From: Rhina ancylostomus | Taxonomy: Eukaryota | DNA: 64,000 bases | Assembly: GCA_030265395.1 (NCBI GenBank) | Contig: JARFYF010000017.1 | Location: 47,923,475 to 47,987,474 of the forward strand | Reading direction: 5' to 3' | In this document: positions 11,009 to 23,762 of the stretch, in pieces | Layout: every line of letters starts with the position of its first letter | How positions within the stretch are numbered: position 1 is the first letter of the stretch | Translations under genes and position numbers: made by a program | Notes under the pieces: generated by a model | The model's database searches: none | The model's input: the letters and a program-made list of their open reading frames with translations, nothing else | Told to the model about the DNA's origin: nothing

Positions 11009-12923
11009 CTGAGAGGGAAATGAATTGCAACGTCATTGCATGCAAGGAATTGCCAACAACAAAACAAGAACAATGATGGCACCCAGACTTATAAGGCGTC
11101 TTACCATTTGCAATATTTCCATCATAAAAAAATCAGTAATTACAGACTGTGATTGAACAGAATATCTATAGAAGTTTAAGCTGAAAACTAGTTGACTAAG
11201 CTGGACACAGGTCAAACACCAAGAGATGCAAACTAAAGCTTGTTTCCTCCTTCCATTAGAAAGGTATTATGAAGCATGTTGAATGGTTTTGTAGCCTAGA
11301 GCAACATACAGGGCTTGTGCACACAAATACAACCTCCACTAACCTCTGCTAACAATAAAATATTTTTAAACAACTGCAAATCCAAGCTGTATTTATATTG
11401 TGACAATATGAACAATGTCACTTTTAGTTTACACTCAATTTACACACTGAAGCAATTAGAACAGAACCTGACTTTTCAGAATGAAATCTATATAAATAAA
11501 AGTTTCTATTTTAGGCTCTATAACTGTCTATCCTATCCTGTGGTAGAATATGCATCCTTAGAGGAAAATCATCTGAAAATGGTGTTTATAACACTCTCAT
11601 AAATGTATAGACAGTGAAACTATTTGTTTTTCTAAAGCAAATCTTTTCTGTCAGTAAACTGTACTGCTACTTTGCCAGTTACTTGATGAATAACCCAGAA
11701 CAGATACAAAAGGCAATGGTGACATTACTGCAACCACCATTATGTAAAACCTGGATCAACATCATTACATTAGAAGACTGGCAACACTTTGCAGAGCTTC
11801 ATACAGTCAAGTTAAACTTGTAACTAAATTAGTGCAAATTCAAACCAATATTTCTGACCAGTAAATGACAAGTCCCAATCACTCAATGAGGGAGCAAATT
11901 CATTTTAAATAGAAAGGAAATATTAACACAGTAACTTCAAAACCAGAACCTGTAAGGAAATCATATTATATCCAGCAGCATAAGGGCCATAAAAAAATTG
12001 AGGTTTCACCTGCCATGTAAGCTAGAATAATTTATTCCTAACCTAGGTCACAGAGCAAACATGCCTCTGTAATGGCTATTAGATCACATCCACTTAGCTC
12101 TGTGTTGCACCGTTAATTTGCCTTCCTTTCAGAAAGCAATTTTAAATTTAATATTCCAGCATTTTTCCTTAATTAGGTTTGTTTACTGATGCATTTTTAA
12201 AATTTGTACCTCCTGCCACAGACTGCTTGTTGCTTTTTGCCTCAACCTCTCTGTTTAAACCATAAATCTTAAATGTTCGCTCACTTAAACATATTCCCTG
12301 AAAGTATACCAACCCCCATTCTCCGCTCCCCCTCTGGCCCACCCCAGTTACCAATCACCCACCACTCNNNNNNNNNNNNNNNNNNNNNNNNNNNNNNNNN
12401 NNNNNNNNNNNNNNNNNNNNNNNNNNNNNNNNNNNNNNNNNNNNNNNNNNNNNNNNNNNNNNNNNNNTCACTGTTACCTAGCTAGTTAACAAGAGCCTGC
12501 ACCAAAGGAACAGCTTGCCCTATTAAACAGGGGAAGTGCTAGAAAAGCAACTTCTCACACTTTGTGGTTTATGCTTAGTATTATTTGCTATTCTATATCG
12601 CAGCTCTTATAAAACAATTTAGAAACGAAATTACAGACTGCAAGTTCACAACCACAACTTCAGGAGTAATCAAACTTTTAAAAATTACCTTCTTGTATTT
12701 CAGCATTCTTGTTGCCAAAATAACTTAGAGGGAAGCACAGCACAAAACATAACCTACATTCCTCCTATTGAGCTTTGCTGGGAATACAGCCAACTACTTT
12801 GGATATAGATTTCCTATTTTATAAGGCATCAGAGGATCACAAATAATTAGCACTTAATGACATGTGGCACATGTAAAAAGGGCAACCTATTTTAATTTCC
12901 AAAATAAAATTATGTTTCCTTAC

Positions 12924-13075
12924 CCTGCGCAAGCCTGTAGGCAAGCCAACATTGTAGCCAGCGTTTCTGGAGGAAGCTGAGCACTCTTGGGTTGTTCCTT
13001 TTCAGGAGCCAGTCCACCCATGATGGAAGGACACCGTCTTTTTAGGAACGTAACACATGCCTGGATAAATGGTTC
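12924..13075 (-). CDS. CNOT1: CNOT1 exon 16-equivalent ([21 protein letters not shown]...LACLQACAG)
   Basis: 152 bp; tgacag|GAA ... GG|gtaagg. Confidence 0.97.
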
Positions 13076-14256
13076 CTGTCAAAATAAAAACTCAGCTGAC
13101 TTTGACATCTTATTCCAAATAGCAACACCGGGCTAAGGAGGAAAACACAAATGAAAGAAACTGACCACCACAACAAACCACATCTTTTCACAATCATTTT
13201 TACTTTAGTTACAAGAATGATTTAAGACAATTCGGTCTAAGGATACATTTTCTGCTGAAAGTCACCCAGCATACATAGTGGTGGTGCATTAAAGTGAATG
13301 AAGAAATCCACTGCCAGAAGAATAGCAAGCAGAACCTTGCATTTAGTTTGTTAGGGTGGCTGTATTTTAGTCTTTCTATTTGTAACAGTATTTTTTTAAA
13401 CAACTTATAAGAAATATCCCAAGTGATTTTGAAGAGTTATCACAAACAGTTAATAAGATGGACAGCTTTGCTGGCCATATGCCTAGAGGAAGAGCCTCAC
13501 CAGCTATCAGAGCCTTTCGGTGAACAAAGTTTGCTGGTTGCACTGAAGTGGGCTTTACACTGCATTGTGCCAAGCAAATGCATTGTGATTGTGCCTGAGG
13601 CTCGGCTGGAAGAAGCATAATGGATCAAGGACAGGGATGCAGTCATTTAAAGACAGTGCTTCATTCCCCATTCTGTTGTTTCACACCATTTCACCACCAA
13701 CCTAAAAACATTTCAACCATTTATGTCTTTTTGAACTCTCGTGCAACCCTGAGATTCAAATGTACTGAATTACAGAGCAGTTAACAGATTCCACAAACTT
13801 TTTCTTGTGAAACACTACAAGCGATATATCATTGCAGTCTGTTCACGTGCCATCTGATCAAGATGGTATACAGAAATACTTCCTTCCATGACTTTGCCAA
13901 AGCTGTTTCTAATCCATCTGGAAGGTCCACCACAGAGGACACCTTTATAACTTGGCAGGAAATGCAACGTGGCAGTGTTTTATGGAATTTGTTTAAAACT
14001 GATATCTGGATTAACCATGGCAAAAACTCAGCCATGTGCAAAAGACAATTATACAAGAAAGTAGTTTAGACCATAATTATCAGCAAATTGAAATCAAATG
14101 GCTTTTGTTGAGGCATTTCACTGTATATTTAAATTTGCAGTAAATTTCAAGTATACAAATTAAAATTTAATAATGATTGCTCAATTCAGAGTATAACCTC
14201 AGACTGAATAGCTCACCATAACATTAAAATTATAAAGTTTGACATTGCTACCTTAC

Positions 14257-14379
14257 CCCATGTTCACGGATTTTATCAGTCAACCATTTATCAAGTTTGA
14301 GGTATTCTCGGCGAGATGCAAGTGCAGCAAGGTCAATAACAAAGGCAAACGGAGTACCATTTAGCAGCATAGACAAGGC
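14257..14379 (-). CDS. CNOT1: CNOT1 exon 15-equivalent ([41 protein letters not shown])
   Basis: 123 bp; gtacag|GCC ... GGG|gtaagg. Confidence 0.97.
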
Positions 14380-14459
14380 CTGTACAGAAAAAGAAAGACA
14401 ATCATACATTTGCATTCTAATTTAGCTCTGAAGTCAAAAGAGAGGCAATCCTCAAAGAA

Positions 14460-15260
14460 CCTTGGCAAAGTTATCCAAAATGATTTCCCTTTCATGAAAA
14501 CACAATGACTTGATTACGTTACGTTGCTTTTCTAAATGACTAGGTATTTCTTTCTTGATTATAGATTCCAGTAACAGGCGTTAAGCTAACTAGTCTATGG
14601 TTTCCTGATCATTGTCTTCTCTTGAATAAGGGCGTCACAATCACAGTTTTCCAATCTGTTGGCATCCTCAGAACTTAGTAATTTTTAAAAAACTTAACTA
14701 ATAGCTCCACTATCTATGCAGCCACTTCAAAACCTTTGCACATAAGCCAGATTTCGGTGACTTGTCTGTCCTTAATATCATTAGCTTTCCAACAAGGTGT
14801 CCCTTCTGGGAAACTTATAAGTTCGTTTCTCCTATTTGAAACCAGTCCATCTGTTTTCCTTGGATCACTTGCAGCATTCTTCACTGTGAAGTGTTGGCTT
14901 AAATTATCAGCTGCTTCCTTGTTATTATTAATTGTAATAATTACTTGTAATTGTACAATTATTTGTACAATTATTGTACAATTTGTAAAAGTATACAATT
15001 ATTTGTAATTGTAATAATTGTATTAATTTATAATTAATAATCCTTGATTATTAACTCCCGATAACACTCCCGCAGTTCCACATTTACCTTAGTTACACAC
15101 TTTATATATGTCCATAGAAACTAGTGCTGTTTTGTTGTTACTTTCTCTCAATTTTTCCCTCCATATTTTTAATCCCCCACTGCCAATTCCTGAAAAATTC
15201 CCAGTCCTCTTTTGCAACCTTCTAGCTTTTGCCACTTTATATGCCTTTGTTTTTGATTCT
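14460..15260 (-). mobile_element. Decayed CR1-like LINE internal (ORF2) fragment
   Basis: gatttccctttcatgaaa...gttaagctaactagtctatggtttcctg...ttttccaatctgttggcatcctcagaa resembles antisense CR1 reverse-transcriptase sequence. Confidence 0.55.
14921..15050. repeat. AT-rich low-complexity array built from self-complementary (aa)ttgtacaa(tt) units
   Basis: ttgtaattgtacaattatttgtacaattattgtacaatttgtaaaagtatacaattatttgtaattgtaataattg. Confidence 0.8.
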
Positions 15261-15294
15261 GCCTGGTTGAGGCTTTGTTTCTCAACCCTTGGTA

Positions 15295-15684
15295 CATGGA
15301 GTCCCTAGGCTACAACAGATTCCATTCCTGAGAACTGTTCGTAACTGAAACTATTCTGAAGTTGGAAATGAACAAAAACCGTGTGGGAGAGGAATACAGA
15401 AACAGCTGAGAGAGGAGAGTGAGGTGTGGGAAAAGCACCCGCAACTTCTCTGACTGAGTGAGCAAGTTTGCTCAGCACTCTGCTCATCCCAGCTCCCAAT
15501 TGTTGCACCTGGGGAGGGGGCTTGAGGGATGAAAAGGGATGCTGAAATGCCCTGTTCCCACCTGGCAGAAGACGCCTGCAGTATCCAGCAAATCCTTCCC
15601 CATCTAGCCCACCAGTCTCCCAAATGCTTGATTGTACGGATGGAGTGCCCATCAGTCAGGCGTTTGTAACACGGGGAGGACCTA
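15295..15684. mobile_element. Probable non-autonomous Tigger/pogo-like DNA transposon (MITE)
   Basis: GC-richer block starting after TA with catggagtccctaggctacaac...ttccattcc...gttcgtaac and ending gtttgtaacacggggaggacct; the ends are degenerate inverted repeats of Tigger type. Confidence 0.45.
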
Positions 15685-16049
15685 CAGCCTCTTTCACCTC
15701 AAGTGGAGCTGCGGGAAGATTGCAGTTGCTGGGAGCTGAGGGATGAAGTCAAGGACACTCATGTTAAACAGTCTCAGCTGAGGGAACTGTAGAACAGTAC
15801 CCAAGCGAGGAGTAAATATGTTTAAAAAGCACAAGGATTTTTGAATATATGGAATTTCCTTCCATCTTGAATACAAAATTTAATTTCAAAATTGGATTGA
15901 CACAGCAGAGCAAGATGTTTTATTAGTAATTTCCAGGATTCANNNNNNNNNNNNNNNNNNNNNNNNNNNNNNNNNNNNNNNNNNNNNNNNNNNNNNNNNN
16001 NNNNNNNNNNNNNNNNNNNNNNNNNNNNNNNNNNNNNNNNNNCAGGATT

Positions 16050-16625
16050 CAGATACTATTGACAAGGCCCACATTTAATGCTTATCCAAATTACTCGAGA
16101 ATATATTGTTGAACCAATTTCCTGAACTGTTGCAGTTCTTCACAAGGTTATTCCCACAGTTCATCTCAATAGGTGCTCCAGTATTTAGATGCAGCAACGT
16201 CAGAACAATGAAATTATGTCCAAGTCACAACAATATGCAGGTTGGAGGGGAACTTGCATGTGGTGGCTTTCTCATTCACCCACTTCCCTTATTCTGCCTG
16301 GTAAAGTTTATGGGTTTGGGAGATGTGGAAAAAACCTTGCAGTTTGCTGCAGTAGATCTTGTCGGGCTGTGTGATGGAGAGATTTTAAATTAGGGGTGTC
16401 ATTCAAGCAGGCTGCCTTGCCCTGGATCCTTGAGTGTGGTTGATGCCATACTTATCCAGGTAAGTGGAAAGAAGTCCACCACACTCCCAACTACTGTCTT
16501 GTAATGGTGGAAAGATGTGTCATGAGATGAGCAAGTCACTTGAAGCAGGTCACCTAGTACCTGGCCTGTTGTTTTAGTGCCAATATTTATGGACTTGGTG
16601 CAGTTAAGCTTTTGGTTAATTATGA
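16050..16625 (-). mobile_element. Decayed 3' fragment of a chondrichthyan CR1/L2-clade LINE
   Basis: gacaaggcccacatttaatgcttatcc...ttggaggggaacttgcatgtggtgg...; same family as 26082-27491. Confidence 0.6.
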
Positions 16626-17194
16626 NNNNNNNNNNATTATGAACCTCAAACCACCAACCCCCGACCCCCCAATCATCATCATACCCTAGCCACCCTGAAT
16701 GCTTATGATAGGGTGAAACCGAAAAGGGACTGAATGATACAGAACCTGATCTATTTGTAGGAGACACAACTGAAGGAGATGAATGGGAACAGAGAAGAGA
16801 AAAAACATTGCAGGGCAGTTACAAAACACTACAGTGTTTGTTATTTCCGGTTGTTTTTCCCTTGCCTTCCATTTACTGTAGCATCGTGCATCACACAATG
16901 CCAGCATTGTTTTTTCCACTCTCTCCTTATTCATCCCCTTCTATTTACACCTCCAGACAGATCTTGGTATGCCAATTCATGGCAAGCCCATCTAAGCCAA
17001 ACAACACTAAAAAATTGCTATAAATCTTCACCGACACAAAATTCAGACAGGGCAGCATGCATGAAGCAGAAGCATAATAAATTTGAATTGCCTTAGCTGG
17101 AGAGAAATGGGCCAGAGGCTCAGGTATGGACATACCACCAACGTACTAAACAAGCCAGCTAATAAACATTGCGTCAGCTTGTACTTGTTCTTAC

Positions 17195-17314
17195 CTTCAA
17201 GTCTTGAGCTACATCTAGAATGCGAGAGAGCTTGGCCTGATCATACTGCTCACCACGCATGTACCACTCTGCCATTGCGTGCATGATCAGCTGTCGGATT
17301 GAGGGGGATTGACC
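17195..17314 (-). CDS. CNOT1: CNOT1 exon 14-equivalent ([40 protein letters not shown])
   Basis: 120 bp; tttacag|GGT ... AAG|gtaaga. Confidence 0.97.
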
Positions 17315-17864
17315 CTGTAAAATGCAAAAGAAGCCTCACTATGGGATATCATATGCATGCTACTAAATGAAAAAACTTTAAAAGATACATTTTTGGTTAC
17401 AAAGACACTCTTAAAAATTCTAGTTTCACCACGCTGAGGTTAAATCTGACACACACTTTGAAGAACATCAGGCTTCATTTCTCACCACTACCACAGAATA
17501 GTTCTTGGCATCCATTCAACAATGAGTAACAGCGTCTATTACAACTATTCTACAGACTGGTGGTGCATGTTCTGTTGCTTTAGAGATCAATACAAGACTT
17601 GCACGTCATATTACTCTTGTACACTGGATCTGTGGCCGATGCATTGGTAGGTTGTCTTCTCCAATTATGCTTCTGTTGTACTTTGAGGAACTATTTTTCA
17701 CGTTATTGTTTTCTCCCCACTTGCAATTTGGTTGTACAAGATGCTTACATCTTCCATCCTGCATAGATGGCCAATCCAGAGCAGGTACCACTGCTTGAGA
17801 AGTACACTCATGCAAGTAGCAGGTTGGGTTTGATGATGACCTCCGTGTTGGTGCTGCTACCCTG

Positions 17865-17877
17865 CCACTAGATGTCA
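17865..17877 (+). promoter_or_regulatory. Weaker candidate CTCF site
   Basis: CCACTAGATGTCA, one mismatch to the core consensus. Confidence 0.25.
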
Positions 17878-18141
17878 AGGATGTGCCACGAGTGGCATTA
17901 TAGAATGGTGTGAACTCTGATTCTGTGTATTTACAGAATTTAGTTTTCCACACAATGCATTTAAAAACCATTACATTAACTCTAATTAAAAATAATCTTT
18001 TGCAGCCATTCCAGTCAATGAATTAAAAGTAATCATGTGCTAGTTGAATGGCTAACATTTCACAAAACTTGTGATAAATCCTTTGAGCAAAGAAAGCAAG
18101 CACAAGGCCACTATTCCCCCACACAAAAAATTAAAGCTTAC

Positions 18142-18382
18142 CTGTCCGTGCCATGCATAGTGCAAGATAATGGCAGAATTCGGATGATTGCCTAGGAAAA
18201 TCGGCATCAGTGTGGAAATGAGCTCATGGCGCAGAGTGTGCCAGGTTGGGTTGATCTGGAGTAAGGCCAGTACCAACATATCCGGACAGTGTTTGATAGG
18301 GAAATTAAAGAGCTGTTTGACCTGCTCATATTGTCCTAGCTCGGAAAGACGCAATAAGGTCTCAATGAGGTCCAAGCTTTTC
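18142..18382 (-). CDS. CNOT1: CNOT1 exon 13-equivalent ([22 protein letters not shown]...HYAWHGQ)
   Basis: 241 bp; atgcag|G ... CAG|gtaagc; within ORF 18052..18432. Confidence 0.97.
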
Positions 18383-19029
18383 CTGCATAGAGGATAAAAC
18401 TGAGTTAGTAGAGAAAAAGACAAGACAAACATTTAAACCAGCAGCACGTTCCAGTGAACAGTGGTCTTCCTTAAACAGGAAGCTCAAATACCAAGTCCCT
18501 TTTAGCTACCAGATTTGCACACTTAAGCGTCAAGAGGTAAAGATTCTAAACTGCATTTAGGTAACAAAATGATTATGAACAAATACTTCCAATCTACATT
18601 TATTCTCATCATAAAAATTACAGAAATTACCACACAGTACAAAGCCATTCAGCCCATCTCATTTATTTTGGTAAATATCAGTATTGAAGAATACAGTACA
18701 AAGGCAGGTGAACTAAATTAAATTGCTAGGATCTCAGTGTAGAAAGGAAATGAGGATCTAACTGCTTATATCAGCTCTCAACTGAGCAATTTACTTTAAT
18801 CCCATTGTCATCTTTTCTAACACTTGTTTTCTTCTATGTCAAATTACCATTATAAATTATCCCTCAAAAGCCATTTATGGTAAAGAATTCCTTTTTTTTT
18901 AAAAAAAAGCACTGCAATTACTACCCAAAAAAAATCAAACTTTTATTTGAATGGACATGATCCTGCCCATTCTTCATCACTAAATGGTCGATTCATTTCC
19001 TCTGAACTCTGCATTTGAACACCTCCATT

Positions 19030-20040
19030 ATAGAATTTTACAGCACAGAAACAGGCCCCTCGGCCCACCTCGTCCATGCCAACTGTGGTGCCTATCATCA
19101 CTAAGCCCATCTGCCTGCATTAGGCTTGTATTCCTCTACATCTTTCCTATCTAAGTAACTGTCCAAATATCTTTTAAACAACGTAATTGTATCTGCATCC
19201 ATCTTCTCTGGAAGTTTGTTCCAGATAACCAACATGTTCTGTGTGGAAAAACTTGCCCCTTACATCTCCTTTAAATTTCTCCCCTCTCACCTTAAACCTA
19301 TGTCTTCTAGTTCTACTCCCCTACCGTGGGGGGAAAAAATCTATCCTGTGTCCCTCAATTTTATAAACCTCTTTAAGGTCAACCCTTAGCTTCCTATGCT
19401 CCAGAGAGAATAAACATAGCCTATGCATTCCCTCCTTTTAACCACAACCCTCTGTTCCAGACAACACCCTGGTGAATTTTGTCCGCCTTCTCTTTTGTTA
19501 CCACATCCTTCCTGTAGTGTGACCAGAATGGTACACAATACTGCAAGTGGAGTCTAACCAATGTATTGTACATCCCAACTCTTATATTCAATGCTCGGCC
19601 TATGAAGGCAAACATACCAAAAGCTTTCTTCACCACCTGTGTCACCACTTTCCAAAGCTATGGATTTGAACCCTAAGGTCTATGTACATGTCCTACCAGA
19701 ATCTGACTTCCTAAAGTGCATAATCCTACACTTAACTAAATTAAACTCCATGTGCCACCGTTCCGCCTCACCTTCCAGATAATCTACATCCTGTTGTATT
19801 CTTAGACAACCTTCTTCACTATGATTCCACCAATTTTTGTGTTGTCTGCAAACTTACTAATCAGACGACCTACATTCTCATCCAAGTTTATATCCATAAC
19901 AAACAAATGTCCCCAGCGCCGACCCCTGAGGTACATCACTTGTTAAGACCTCCAGTCAGAAAACACCCATCCACCACTATTCTCTGCCTATCACCAAACC
20001 AATTTTGGATCCAGTTTGCCAACATGCCTCAGATACCTTG
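19030..20040 (-). mobile_element. CR1-like LINE, 3' ~1 kb (RT C-terminus and tail)
   Basis: ORF 19421..19648 reads VVKKAFGMFAFIGR...YNTLVRLHLQYCVPFWSHYRKDV; 3' tail acagcacagaaacaggccc. Confidence 0.85.
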
Positions 20041-20439
20041 TGTCAGGTTAGGACTTGAGGGATCCAATCATAACCCCAAACATCCAAATTTTAGTGAACA
20101 AACTCTCTCATTCTACAATTTCCCCACAATCTATATGCAAGCTTTAAATATCCTTCCAATAAATAAATGCCCAGAACTACATTCAACATTTCAAAAGGCC
20201 TCAGCAATGTTCACTATTTATTGTTTCTATATCCAATGCCCCAGAACCAGTTAAGTATATTTTTTAAAAAGAATTAAGTTTGATTTCTGCCAAATTGTAC
20301 AATTTATAAAATAACTAGATCCAATGCTTCCCTCTATTAAACAAAAGATGATTGGATTAAAGAGTTAAGGGAATATTTGAATTGTGATGGCACTAAATGG
20401 ACTGGGGAATTAGTTATAAGGAGAGACCACCTTGGCTGT

Positions 20440-20790
20440 TTTCTTCTTTGGAGCAAACAGCTAACCAGAAATTTAATTGAATATAAAACCATGGGAGGAT
20501 TATATAGGATGAACAGAAAGGACCCATTTCCATTAGCAAAGAGATCAATGTGGGGAACACGCTTAAGAATTTGCCCTCAAAGAATAGTGTCAGTTTGAAA
20601 CACTGAATAAGTGGTGGTCAGAAATCCTCGTTTACAAAGTACATGAATAAGCATTTGAAGAGCAGAGATCTACAACACCTGGGATCAAAAGCTGGAAAAG
20701 TTCACTAATCTATGTCTCAATTGTTGGACAGCATGGACCAGATAGATTGAATGGTTTCTTTGCCATAACTTTTTGCAATTCTATAATATG
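20440..20790 (+). mobile_element. Decayed CR1-like LINE 3' fragment
   Basis: ORF 20377 fragment RNLIEYKTMGGLYRMNRKDPFPL; tail cagcatggaccagatagattgaatgg. Confidence 0.6.
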
Positions 20791-21000
20791 ATACAAGAAA
20801 TCTTAAGTACAGAGTCAGGAGTGGATCCAAACATTAATGCTATGCAATCAATGGAGTCAGGCATATTTTCCAAAATTGTTCCAAGGCACAACTTTGTAAT
20901 GCATGCCCCATTCCTAAGCATACAGATGATCTATACAAATACCGAACTTTCATAGCTTTGTGCAGCTACCGGAAACACAACTTTCATGAGAGGAACATAC

Positions 21001-21128
21001 CATGTAGCAATTTCCCGGTTGTCATCCTCTGGAGGGGCTTTCAAGATGTCTGTCACAACAGTATGACATGGGTAGTCAGCAAAACAGAAGATATCTGGGT
21101 TCATTAATGAGTGTTGAATAAAGGAGAG
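21001..21128 (-). CDS. CNOT1: CNOT1 exon 12-equivalent ([22 protein letters not shown]...DDNREIATW)
   Basis: 128 bp; gtttag|CTC ... TG|gtatgt. Confidence 0.96.
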
Positions 21129-22829
21129 CTAAACAAAAACAAAATGGTCCAGTTTAGTATTTCAATCATATCCATGACAAATCAACCTCAGCTAACCACT
21201 TTTTAACTTTAAAACAAAGCTTTCCCAATATATAACACCCAGAATACACCCACACCAGACATCCCGTATACTGCATATTTCACAAGCCAATGAACTGCCA
21301 TCTCAAAGCATCGCAAGTTTCAGAGCTGAATTTTCATCCCTTTCCAGCACTTTTTATAAAAACATACATGATAATTCTCTCCCTACTTCTTCCATAAATA
21401 TTATTTGAAAGTTAAAGAATCATGTTTGTATTCCTATATACTCAGTTTTCTAAGTCCTTTCCTTCAGCCTGAAGGATTCAGTTCTTTAACAGTGAGAAAT
21501 CCATGGTACCTTACAACTATTACCACCTGAAACAAGCATTTAAGAGCACTTTCACCTTTGCCATAATTTCTAGCCAGAGAGGAGGAAGGAGAAATAAAGC
21601 AGCTTCATTTTGCTTTTCAAAGTCAAAAAATGAAGCAGCACCATCAATAGACTTCTCTCTTTAAAATCAGGTATCAATTTCCAAAGTCAACTGCATGAAT
21701 GGAAACTAGAATTCCCAGCCAATTTTCTAATAACATTTACAAAATTTTTCACAAAAATTAAAAATCAGTTAGTTTCAGAATGAATTTCTCTTTCCAAATG
21801 TGTGACGCTGCAGTAACAAAATTTTCTCTCCTCCCGCTCTCGTAAATCAATACAAACGCTTAGTTCAATAAACACAAATTATTCTTCCTGTGAATGAACA
21901 TTTAAAAAGAAATGAGTTATCCTGTAGCAGAGTAAAACTATTTGAAATAAGAATCTAAATTCAAGAATCAAGACCAAAATGGGATATTTTAAAGAGCATT
22001 ATCAAATTAAAATTTAGGCACACAAACTTTTCACTGTGTATAATATCAATATTTAATCCTGTAAATAATGACTAATGCAAACATGTTAATTCAATTCCAC
22101 AGAGACTGCCAGTGGATGCCGTTCATGGTCAACCAAGCACGTCTTCCAATGTAAAAAGCAATATAACTCTCAAGAAAAAAAGGATATTAGTTTTATAAAG
22201 ACTGCTCATTTGGCTGAAATAGAGACAAAATACACATTTAACTCCATCTGTTTTGCCTTTTATGGTTGTTCAAAAAATTGATCCTACAATGGAATAAACA
22301 ATATTAGACAATTTAGCCCATTATGAAAACACATTCAAATGGTTATTGCCTTGGAAATTTTTCAATGTTCAAAGGATTCAAAAGTTTGCAAGGCATAATT
22401 CTTTAAACCAGTAATTGATCAACATTATCTCCAATTGCCTTTGTTCAGTTAAGGCAGAGACAAGGTAATCAGAAGATCATCAGCAGGTTGGGTAGGGAGA
22501 GGGGACAGGCCAGGGTTCCAGTTTCTAATTTACTCAACAGCAATTTCATTTTGAGGAAACCAGTCTTCAGCTTTATAGTGCCCTTTGCATTTGAAAAAAA
22601 CTGACACCGAAGTTTTCTGCATCTGCACTTACTAATTTCTACATTAGTTCATTTTACTGGGAGGAAAACTACATCCATGTAAAACACTAAAAAGGTAAGC
22701 CTGGTCTTTATTGTCAAGTCTCAAATGAAGGATGACCAAATGGGAAACACACCCAAGAACATATGGCTACCATGGAACTATTTCTTAACTGGGAATCACC
22801 ATTATAAAAGGGGACATTGTTAGACAGCA

Positions 22830-23255
22830 AGATTTGCATTTTGCCTTCCAAGGCCCCAGATCATTTCAAATCACTTTTCAATGAAGTACTGCTGAAAATG
22901 CAGCAAGTCACTTGTGATGTAGGAAACACAGAAGAAACGGATTTGAAAACAGCAAGCTCCATGACCAAAGTGACAAAGACTGAATAATTAACTCCTGAGT
23001 GATGTTGACTGTGGGACAAATTTCAACCAGGCCACTGGAGAAACCTCCGTTCTTCTCCAGAACAACGCCTTTAGAATTTTTAAACAAAAATATCTGAGGG
23101 GGCACACTGGCTTGACATCATCTCTGAAAGATGGTAACAGTCAGTGAAGCACTTCCGCAATACTGCATCAAAAGCGTCGACACAGATTTTTGTACTCATC
23201 TCCACAGTAGGGTTTTTTAAAAAAATCAACATTCTAACTGAGAGACAAGTGATTC
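22830..23255 (-). mobile_element. Deu-domain SINE (SacSINE1/AmnSINE1-like)
   Basis: gtcacttgtgatgtaggaaacacag...cagcaagctcc...gtgatgttgactgtgggacaaat...tctgaaagatgg...cagtgaagcacttccgcaatactgca matches the recalled antisense Deu core. Confidence 0.7.
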
Positions 23256-23591
23256 AGGCAATGCTAAAATACGTAGGCACAATGCTTTTTCTGGTGGGAA
23301 AGATTTGAAAATCAAGGTTAAATTGGTATCTGTGGTCATTACTGTGAACTATTATAGTCTCTTCATGTTAAGGATCGAGGCATAAGGGAAAGTGCAAATA
23401 CTGTATATTCACAAAGGTGACGGCAAACTGAAGGGATACAATCATCAGTAAAGCCTTAACAAGCCAGGGCTCCTCAGAAAAAAGGGGGCCAGGGGATGAA
23501 GAGCTAGCTCAGCTAGCTGAGAAATCAACAGTCCCAGCACCAGAATTTTTTTTAAATAAGTGTCCAGCAAGTTCCAGTCTCATGACTATAC

Positions 23592-23762
23592 CTGTCCTTC
23601 TGCATGCTTCCAAGGCCGGTAAATGAGATCAACAGGAAAGACTTCAATCCCCATCCCCTTCTGGATTCCATACACTGCTATTTGCAGGCCTTTGCTGTCA
23701 CGAAGGATGAATCCTGGGTGATCCAGCTCATAAGTCACCTCCTTAAAATTCAGGTTTGGATT
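23592..23762 (-). CDS. CNOT1: CNOT1 exon 11-equivalent ([18 protein letters not shown]...[10 protein letters not shown])
   Basis: 171 bp; ccttag|AAT ... CAG|gtatag. Confidence 0.96.

Noticed and set aside
13560-13672. Minus-strand aagcactgtcttt resembling the SNORA50 5' end
   Set aside because: The similarity stops after about 13 nt; there is no closing cagtgc stem, H box or ACA at the right spacing.
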